Of a stretch of 64,000 bases of DNA, positions 55,226 through 64,000 are shown piece by piece (positions within the stretch are counted from its first letter, which is position 1; every line of letters begins with the position of its first letter). The notes below the pieces were generated by a model. It was not told the DNA's origin. It ran no database searches and worked only from the letters and a program-made list of their open reading frames with translations. The stretch is from Octopus sinensis. Taxonomy: Eukaryota. The position numbers and the translations under genes were made by a program. The DNA lies in assembly GCF_006345805.1 (NCBI RefSeq), contig NC_043011.1:63872464-63936463 (forward strand), in the 5' to 3' direction.

Positions 55226-55796
55226 TTTCCCACTTCCCGAGCGTTAAACTAACACATCTGTTTGTTGTCTATACGCCCATCTTCGTCTTTTGCTTTTTTG
55301 TAAATTCTCACTATTTATGTATATATATATATATACATATATAGTGTGTTTGAGTGTGTGTGTGAGAGAAAGGGAGATAGAGAGAGAGGGGGGAAGAGAT
55401 CTGTGGACATATTGCAATTATAATGAATTAGGTCTAAATGTACCCTATGAAGAATTTTCGAGAATCCTTGAAGTTTTTCCTCATAGAATTATTCCATGAC
55501 TCCGCCTCCATTTTCGATGACTGCTTCAAAGCAGCACCGGAATTTTTGACTTGCGTCAATAGAAAAAATATAGCTTTTTCAAATTGCGGTTAATTTATTT
55601 ACGGCTGTATCTCTTAGTGGATTTACGGTATTTTAGGATTATCAATGAATTTCCATTTCTGTAATGTTTCAGTAAAAGGGACCAGATTTCAGGCCCCTAT
55701 GGTGGTTGGGCATAAGGGTAAATCTTGTCTGATATTGATTAGGGGTTATGTTGGCTTTGAGAGACAAGTGTCTTATAATATCCCGTCACTGCGTAC

Positions 55797-55865
55797 TTCA
55801 TCGACCCAAGTTTCGAAGAAAGTCTTGAGCGCCCAGCAATATCTAGCAACATCAATTCTCAGATC
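55797..55865 (-). CDS. Candidate host exon, unassigned
   Basis: Strong acceptor ttgcttctttccacag|, donor |gtacgc; frame 0 DLRIDVARYCWALKTFFETWVDE, other frames closed. Confidence 0.3.
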
Positions 55866-56181
55866 CTGTGGAAAGAAGCAACCTGTTGTTACAAGACCGT
55901 CGTTATTCACCCCTCTTAAAAGCAGTATATTTCCTGAAAAGTTTATCTACATCATTCAGTATGCTTCAGAATGAACTGTATTTACTCATCTTTTGATCTT
56001 AGCAGACATATTTATTTTCCTTATCAAAAACGAACCAACGTATAACATGAATGTGAGGTACTTAACATTGTAGGTAATCGTCGGCGCGACGCTTTTCGTT
56101 TTGCTTTCATGAACTGGACGTCCTACTCTATATACAAATTTTACCGTATGTGAGCCATATTCTAATACTCTTCCCCAATAC

Positions 56182-56240
56182 CTGAAGCTCTTTGGTGACG
56201 GAGTCTGTTGATTTTCCAATAACATCAACAATGCGTTTAA
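56182..56240 (-). CDS. Candidate host exon, phase-compatible with 55797-55865
   Basis: aaatag| and CAG|gtattg; reads KRIVDVIGKSTDSVTKELQ. Confidence 0.25.
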
Positions 56241-58111
56241 CTATTTGGTTGAAATGTTGTGTCCTTACCGTACCCCAAACTTAAGAATGTATTTTATCTT
56301 TAATAGATTCGAAACGGAAATAAAAGCAGCTTAAATGTGAAGAAACTTTCAGTGTCGTAATAGTCTAAGACGTTTTTAATCTTCGTAAAAACAGCGTCTA
56401 AAAAGCGACGCAGAATGTGACTCAAATGACACGATAGACCCGTAAGAAGCATGTTCCTTATGGTTATGCTTCATCAGATATAAACTACAAATCCGTCGTT
56501 TATAGCTCACTACGACATTCAATTCTAATATATAAAAATATAATTGAAAAATATAAATATGTTAACCTTTGTGAGCTTTTTTCCACGTCTTAGTGTACAT
56601 GGAGTTTTTACTAGGTTTGCGTTTACAAGAATGTTTTAAATATAAACGCATTCAGATTTATCTTAGACTGCCTATAGGTGTAGCTTTAAACAATTATTTT
56701 AATTCAACAAAAAGAACATAAGCAGTAAATACACGTTTTTACTGGTTACCAGTAACACTGTTAGTTCTTTGTAAAGTTTTAATGAAGAACTCTTTGTCTG
56801 TACTTGATGAAGCCTAATCGTGTTAAATCACTTATAGTGTTTGGTTATGTCAACCATAACCCAGCTTAGATTTTTTTGCCATTCTCTTTAAGGAGAAATT
56901 CTTTTCGAAGTGAGTTACCGCATCAATTTATATCCCCATTTCATTTAACACTTGTATGGAAAATATACTTATATTTGGTTCTATTTAATTATCTTTAATT
57001 CGTGAGGTTTTAGTGGATTTATTGCTACATCACTACATTCTCCAAATGTCTCCCAATGTTTTTAATAGTTCCCCTACAAGAAAAATGCGTATTTTTGCGC
57101 TATGAAGGACCGATGTTTTCTGTGTCCGTAACTGATATGTAACCCGCTTCACCCCGACTTTTGCAGCTCGGTGACATTATTAGTGGCTTGGGTTGGTGTG
57201 TTTGTGCACGCATTGTCTATAACGATGACATCCCTTCCGTGCCATTTACGCAATAAAGATCTTCCTCGTTTTAGTGCACTTGAACGTGTTAAATATAATA
57301 TTCTCGGCTGTTTCTTCATTTCTCTTACTCAAACCTAAAAATCCATAAGAGATTCGATTTTCAAACGTAGAAGTATATACAATGACATGAACACTGAAAT
57401 ACACATGCATTATCTGTATTAAACATTGTTTTTAATTGTTGTTGTCCAGGCTTTATTGGAAGTTTGAACCATGTCTAAAGTGGGTAGGCGATTACTGTGC
57501 TGGACATTTTGAGTACTACTTCAAGAAAAGGTGTCCGGTAATATACATTTCATATTTCATTCCAAAACACATACCATGTACCAAACAACAATATAAGTGG
57601 TAATTTTACTTGTTCCAAGCAAAATAAATTACACATTTTACTGAATTTGAAGCAATGTTGCGGCCCCACTCCATCGATCTCCTCTCCACATTCTCTCAAA
57701 TACATACACACTCATACACGCACACACACACAGAAAACACAGACACATAGTTTATTTTTGCAATCGTCTCCACCTATGTTAAAACGGTTGGACAATGAAA
57801 ACTTTAGCTGTGGAATTCGCCTACCATTGTTTATGTGAACATTGGTTTCTTCCCCGAAGACATCTTGGGGTTCATTGACATAAATGCGTATCATATGGTT
57901 TGCTTACTTTTCAGAAAACAGGACACTATTTGGAAATCATGGAACTACAGAAAGATCAAAGACATTATACATATTTTGTTTCAGCTCCACATATATAAAT
58001 GTTTGGTGTAACATAATCTTTGTTCGACGAATAGGAATTGACCTTATATTTTAAAATATTTATTTAAACTTTTAAAATTTCGTTTTATGTTATATTGAAT
58101 TTTTGTTTCAG

Positions 58112-58150
58112 CATGAACCGCCAAAGGAGAATTCTAGCGTGAGAAATGAG
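58112..58150 (+). CDS. Candidate 39-nt micro-exon, unassigned
   Basis: ttttgtttcag| and GAG|gtacgt; frame 0 HEPPKENSSVRNE. Confidence 0.25.
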
Positions 58151-59171
58151 GTACGTAACATTATGGTAAAATACGGGTTTAATACTATCGTGATGTCCTA
58201 ATAAAACTCCTAAGAATTATGTTCAATGTGTCTACACTAGCGGACAGTTAATGATGATGGACAATGCAATATTTCCTCCTCAATGTCTATGATATAATAC
58301 AGAGCTGAGATATGTGTGTGTTATTGCAGTTTTGTGATCATTATTGACGATATAGTTTCCCTTGCATCATAGGAAATGTGTTATAATCAAATCCCTTTTA
58401 TCCTTCACTAACAACAGCAGTGGAGGTGTAATACTGCGAAAAAGTTTAATATTTTTGTGTATTATATTCAGAATTCAATATATGAGTTAGTTGCATTAAT
58501 TTATAATTTCGAAAACAATTGAATTGAATGCAATATTCTACGAATAAGCAATGGAAACTTAAACACATTTCGTAAACAAATAATTATTATCATTATCACT
58601 AACATTAATGTTGTCATCCTGATCAGTAATAACAATGGACTCTACAGTTGAAGACGAAGTACGGGCCTTCAGCTTTCGCCGAAAGATCTGCATAGATGAT
58701 TCGTTTAGAGTAATCAAATTTATGTGATGTGCATTACCTCACATCACACATCAAACCGACGTTGTCTGAACAGTTGCACGGTGTACAACACGTGAGGTGT
58801 CGAGATTATTGTAAAGCGACGCCAGATGATGTGTTTTGCTCAAGAACACATCGCACTTCAAATCTAGGAATTGAAGCCAGGATCTCGAGATCGTGCCTGC
58901 AACACCTTTACAAATTAGGCGATAATATTAATAATAATCTTTTCCAATTAATCCCTCCCCACAAAGTGTTTTTCGCACACATCATCGAAAATACGATTAA
59001 TAATTCAAAGCATTCTATCATTTTATAGCATGTAGAATGATATATCAAGCGTTTGTTAAAAAAAACTCCCAAAATATAAAATGTTAACCAACCTACTTTT
59101 CTTATACTTTACAGGTAATACTGAAAAATCAGTTGATTACTGCAAGTTTAATTACGTTCTTTCAGTGTATG

Positions 59172-59217
<46 letters not shown>

Positions 59218-59220
59218 AAT

Positions 59221-59468
59221 TGTGTTAGTTCTTAGTTAATGCGACTTTTTTCAACAAATTTTATTCACCAAAAACAATATAAATATTTAGGAAAATACAT
59301 TTTTAAATGACGTTCCGACCGTCTGCGAAGCAAATAGGAAGCAGTAATTGAAGTAGATGGGGAATATGCTCCAGAATAATCATTTAAAGATGATTTTGTT
59401 ACATGTTGTTATTTTTATTGTCGAATAAAATTTGCTGAATATAAGTCGCAATAATTATCCAATACATA
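59221..59468 (+). mobile_element. Mariner-derived short deletion derivative (MITE)
   Basis: Inverted ends aatgcgacttttttcaacaaattttattc / gaataaaatttgctgaatataagtcgcaat; EAVIEVDGEYAPE* is a mariner C-terminus. Confidence 0.5.
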
Positions 59469-59877
59469 TATAAATGTATGTATATACTTTATTAATAAAG
59501 CTGTGTCATCAACAAAAGTGGAACTCAGAGTTTCTCGTTCCCGTTCAACAGGAAGATAAAACTCTCAGTAACAGTCTATGTGATGACAATGAAACTTTTC
59601 CGTTTTGCATTTATATGCTTATTCTGGTATACATATGTAGAAACCGCAAGTATTGCGTAAATTTTCAATTAGATCTTCTGCGTAAAATGGCGTTGCTATC
59701 ACAATTGTAGCTGATCACTAAAGACCTGTTAAAACATTTTTATCGTATTCTCGGGATTATATATAAAAAGGCAAGAAATATTAAGCGATTATCTCCCTTA
59801 CACCGGAAGAAATCACTTATTACCTCCCCTTATCTGGAACTCTTCTTTACACTTCTCAACGAAAACATAACGATGTT

Positions 59878-59914
59878 AGAAATTTGAAAAGCTGAACGCG
59901 AAACCGGTCTTTCT
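59878..59914 (+). ncRNA. Minimal type I hammerhead, U3-A8 variant, GUC site
   Basis: agaaa(t)-TTGAAAA-gc tgaac gc-GAAA-c cg g-TC-tttct; palindromic ACCGGT; one extra U in stem I. Confidence 0.55.
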
Positions 59915-60072
59915 TCAAAAACTATGTATTTCTTCAAAAACTATGTCAATGTATGAAAAAAATTTATAACATTCTTCTGACATAATAACTCAAATATATA
60001 TATTTTTAACCTTGTAAAACAAGCCTTCTGTAGTTTTTTTCACTTTTTACTATTTTCTATATATATATATAC

Positions 60073-60128
<56 letters not shown>

Positions 60129-60132
<4 letters not shown>

Positions 60133-61095
60133 AACAAATAAATCTCCCGGAATACCGACAAATTCCACTGAGTGACCACTTATACTCATGTGCTAAAGAC
60201 TTAAACCCCAAATTCTATATATTCCCCTTCTACCAATGTAAAGACGGGATCACCACACAGGAGAGAATTAACAAGGAGAATCTCTTTATTGAAAAATTCC
60301 AAACACAACTTAATATGCAAACTCCTCGTTGATCAAACTTCCTTTTTCTACCTCACTCTTCATGGATGGACTAACACAAATATATAAAGATACCATGCAT
60401 TCATCACTTCAAGCTAAAACTTATATTCTTTAAATATCATTTTTACTATTGTTGTTATTACTATCATTTTTATTATAAATGATATGACAATTTGAAATAC
60501 AATTCTCTATGCAGATTTATATAATTAGAACATAATATAAATAAAGTGTTAAAATCTGAAAGTTAAGTTAACAAGGAATTATATAAAAAAGATAACGCAA
60601 ATGAAGCCAAAATTATAATTTTATAATTTGGGTTTTACCAACAGCCCTTATTGAAGAACTCAAAAGAGTTGTCTCCCCTTACTCACAACACAGGAACTGA
60701 AGAACCACAATTACTACTACTTCCTGTCCTGCCAACATGCTGAATTAAACCACACAACACATGCTCTTAATCCCTTTGGATCTTAATACCTCAGGGTAAT
60801 TTTTTTCCTGAACAATCATAAAACTCAAGATACACAACGAACTCACAATGTATCGGAGTGCTTATTTTTTAATTTTTGTACATTTTTATCATTATTCTTT
60901 TGCAAAAAACAATGCAATTTTCTTTTTTTCCCCTTTCTAATTTTTAAAAAAACTTTTTTAAAACATAAATATTCTTGACAAGTTATACAATGACGAAAAC
61001 CGGTTGAATAAATATATATTTATATATTTTATCAATTTCTCATTTTATTAAAATTTTCTTTCATTTGAGCATTCTGCAGTTTAAAAAAAAATTTC
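60129..61095 (+). mobile_element. 5'-truncated Neptune-type PLE 3' end in (TA)n
   Basis: 60129-60332 reads KEQINLPEYRQIPLSDHLYSC..PFYQC..ERINKENLFIEKFQTQLN*, homologous to the 49788-50318 C-terminus; tail homologous to 760-1010. Confidence 0.8.
60970..61010 (+). ncRNA. Minimal type I hammerhead, U3-A8 variant
   Basis: tattc-TTGACAA-gtt atacaat gac-GAAA-accgg-TT-gaata; palindromic AACCGGTT. Confidence 0.6.
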
Positions 61096-61371
61096 CTTAC
61101 TATATATATATATATATGCTTTTTACAGATGAGGGTGAAAAATTTGATATTAATTTAGTAATACCATCAATTTAACACCAAGTAGCTTAGCACATAAAAG
61201 CCAGGGATACAATACAAATTTATACATAAATACGAGAGAGTAACCACTATGTGGTCGACTCTACTGCTAAAAATAGATCCGCTATGCTATAGCCACTAAA
61301 AATTGTTTCCAAGGAGAAATAACACAACATTTAACGTAGGGCAAGTGAAACATAACGAAAAAATAGATTAA

Positions 61372-61444
61372 CTCTGAACAATTGTTTCGTTATTTATGTA
61401 ATATGCAATTTTACTTACATAACATGTATAATCCATCAGCAGAG
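61372..61444 (-). ncRNA. Type I hammerhead-like motif, CUGAUGG (A9G) core, GUU site
   Basis: Reverse complement: ctctg-CTGATGG-attat..ataac-GAAA-caattg-TT-cagag. Confidence 0.65.
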
Positions 61445-61665
61445 GTTTGTCTAAAACACAATTTATTAAATCGCACGTTAAATTTTAACGCAGCGTCAAA
61501 CACACGCATAAATATTTTATGCAGTGTTCGTTACCAGAAGACTTATCACACTTTTGGCGGGGGAATTTGAATCATAGCTGCTAATACAATCGATTGAACC
61601 GCACGTGTGTTTGATGCTGCCTCAAAATTTAACGTGCGATTTAATAAAGTGTGTTTTAGACAAAC

Positions 61666-61738
61666 CTCTGTTGATGGATTATAGATGTTATGTAAGTAAA
61701 ATTGCATATTACATTAATAATGAAACAATTGTCCAGAG
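61666..61738 (+). ncRNA. Type I hammerhead-like motif, UUGAUGG core, GUC site
   Basis: ctctg-TTGATGG-attat..ataat-GAAA-caattg-TC-cagag. Confidence 0.6.
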
Positions 61739-62085
61739 TTAATCTATTTTTTCGTTATTTTTCACTTGGCCTACGTTAAATGTTGTGTTATTTCTCCTTG
61801 GAAACAATTTTTAGTGGCTATACCATAGCGGATCTATTTTTAGCAGTAGAGTCGACCACATAGTGGTTACTCTCTCATATATATATATATTTCTTTTTAG
61901 TCAAGACTGTTGAATAGGTTGCAAGATGCAACGAAAATTTTAGGAAAATAAGAATAAGAAACAAGTGGAAGTTTTACCGTTGTGTGTGTTACATTATAAA
62001 GCACAAAAAGAAAATGACACTCCCCAGCAACAACAGTATATATATATCTGCATACATGCATACACACACATACACACACACGCAT

Positions 62086-62180
<95 letters not shown>

Positions 62181-62397
62181 TATATGAAAGAGTGAGTAGA
62201 GATGGCTTTTTGAGGGGAACATTTTAATTTAATCATAATAAAAATACTATTTATTGTCAGTTAATCAGATATTGGTTTCAAGCTTTAAGTGGCCGTTCTC
62301 TTAAACAGCAAAGTCATTTTTTATAACTATACATAGAAGGAAATTATACAGTAGAAGGAGGAAGAAAACCTAAATAAATGTACAAATGGGTTCAAAA

Positions 62398-62620
62398 CGG
62401 TCATAGTAACGCCGTTTTGATTCCCAGACCGGGCTGTGTGAATGTTTATTGACCGAAAAGGCCTAAAGCTCCACGAAAGTTTCCCCATACCCCGCCGGGC
62501 CTTCATAGATCTTTAAGTCTTTTCGTTCAATGAACATTGACACCACCCGGTCTGGGAATCTGAACGGCGATCCTATGACCGCAAGTCTGCTGCCCACATT
62601 ACTGGGCAAACTGCGCCTCT
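62398..62620. mobile_element. Tail-to-tail inverted pair of tRNA-derived SINEs
   Basis: 62398-62468 versus the reverse complement of 62511-62581: 11 mismatches in 71 nt, 42-nt spacer. Confidence 0.8.
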
Positions 62621-63689
62621 ACAATATTACATAGATAACATTCATTCACTGGATGCATCTTTCTTTTCTACACTCTTCTCTACAACATCTTACTCCACGG
62701 TCGTAATAAGTGCTTGACTACTGACAGCATGTATACATACGTACCTGCAGAAGCGAGAACCCGGTTTCTTTGAAAGGGCAAACGGCATATCACAACCTGC
62801 ATTCGCCGCATATTTACAATTATAAAAGCCTGCACCACCTAAAAGTGAAATATATTTGTTATTGTTTTTCAGATGCTCATATAAGACAGAGAAGAAGCTT
62901 TATATGAGCAGTTACTCGTACATCCATACGTACTATCATAGGACACTATTGTATACAGCACACCACATCTCATAACATATAGCTTATAACATATGCAATG
63001 CAATTTAATTCACCATATCACATAATATCCCATGATTTTATTATATTGAATACTAGAAGGAAAATTTATAACGGATACGACACCAAAATTAATTTCCACC
63101 ATCAAAGTTCAAAAATGGCACCTATAAATGTCATTTCCGAAAGTATTTAAATGTAAGGCTTACGCTAAGCATGCATGATTACCCCAGGTCTAATCTGTTA
63201 TTAATCAGGTTATTATTGTCCCTACACTTAACAATATCATGAGTTTCCATAGATCACAGCTCACACCCGTATTGACTATCACTATAAGGCTGCGTTCTCA
63301 GTATTATATCCCATTTAAGCCTTAAATGGGATATATTTAAAATAATTAATTAAGTACATGAATGAATATTAAACCGAGTCTATGTAATCTTTCCCTTTTA
63401 ATGTTTATATTTGATATATACACACATTGTACCTAATTTGGTTATGATATAATTTTTGAAAATCAAATTTTATTTTTGATACACCATAACAATAGTGTTT
63501 ATAAACAATCCCCCAATGTGCTCCAAAATAAAATTTCCTCTGTATTAACATATTTGCTTTGCTATCATCTTGCCCCTTTAACTGGTAATGAACATCATGA
63601 TCTAAAGTCTTCTACTACTCATCCTTTTTTTAGTTACAGGCTTTTTATATCCAATTGAGTATTCCTAATGTCTCCTTTCTTCCCTGAGG

Positions 63690-64000
63690 AAATGTAATAC
63701 ATTTGACAGTATGTATGAAAGTATTGGCTAACAGCCCGTAGATCAGACTGAAGGCATGCCCGGTCACCCACTTCATTGATGACCTTTTGGAGTTTGAAAT
63801 CATCTGCAGAGATTCTTATGTTATTGTGCTTGATAATGTCAATAATGCCATTGATGTAAATGATGAAAACAAGTGGGTCCAAAACAGTGCCTTGTGGAAC
63901 ACCATTACTGACTTTGGCTGGGCTTGATTTTACTCCTTCGACTAAAACGTGTTGGGTTCTGCCTGTCAGGAAACACTTGATCCATTGTAGTATCTTCCCA
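63690..64000 (-). mobile_element. CR1-clade LINE RT fragment, runs off the window end
   Basis: GKILQWIKCFLTGRTQHV..SNGVPQGTVLDPLVFIIYIN..SADDFKL..LQSDL. Confidence 0.85.

Larger units (their letters stand above)
61130..61876 (-). mobile_element. Diverged relative of the 539-bp retrozyme unit forming a foldback (arms 61234-61506 and 61604-61876)
   Basis: Shared blocks tgtaagtaaaatt.cat..gaaacaattgtc, attgaacc.cacg.gt and cttggtgt with the 40-kb unit; ~273-bp inverted arms; TA-flanked. Confidence 0.8.

Overview
AT-rich eukaryotic genomic DNA, inferred to be octopus (coleoid cephalopod) from its tRNA-derived SINE families and very dense (TA)n, (TAA)n and (CA)n microsatellites. No host protein-coding gene can be named; only weak candidate exons exist, mainly at 52-60 kb. 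Most ORFs in the track are microsatellite artefacts. Recognisable content is almost all transposon-derived: CR1-like pieces at both ends, a near full-length Dong/R4 RLE retrotransposon in a (TAA)n array (19.2-22.8 kb), Tx1/L1 and RTE relics, Tc1/mariner/Tigger relics, many SINEs and several Penelope-like element (PLE) 3' ends. The most striking signal is non-coding: about 16 hammerhead ribozyme (HHR) motifs read by eye on both strands, in at least five sequence families, nearly all with a self-complementary stem III and nearly all in islands next to (TA)n. The centrepiece (39.8-41.8 kb) is a ~539-nt unit with a canonical type I HHR with an unusually long stem II, present as three tandem copies plus one inverted copy forming a ~360-bp foldback. 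A diverged relative with compensatory base changes forms a parallel foldback at 61.1-61.9 kb. This fits a non-autonomous, circRNA-forming retrozyme family, probably mobilised by PLEs. All structure calls were made by eye; nothing was folded, aligned or searched computationally.
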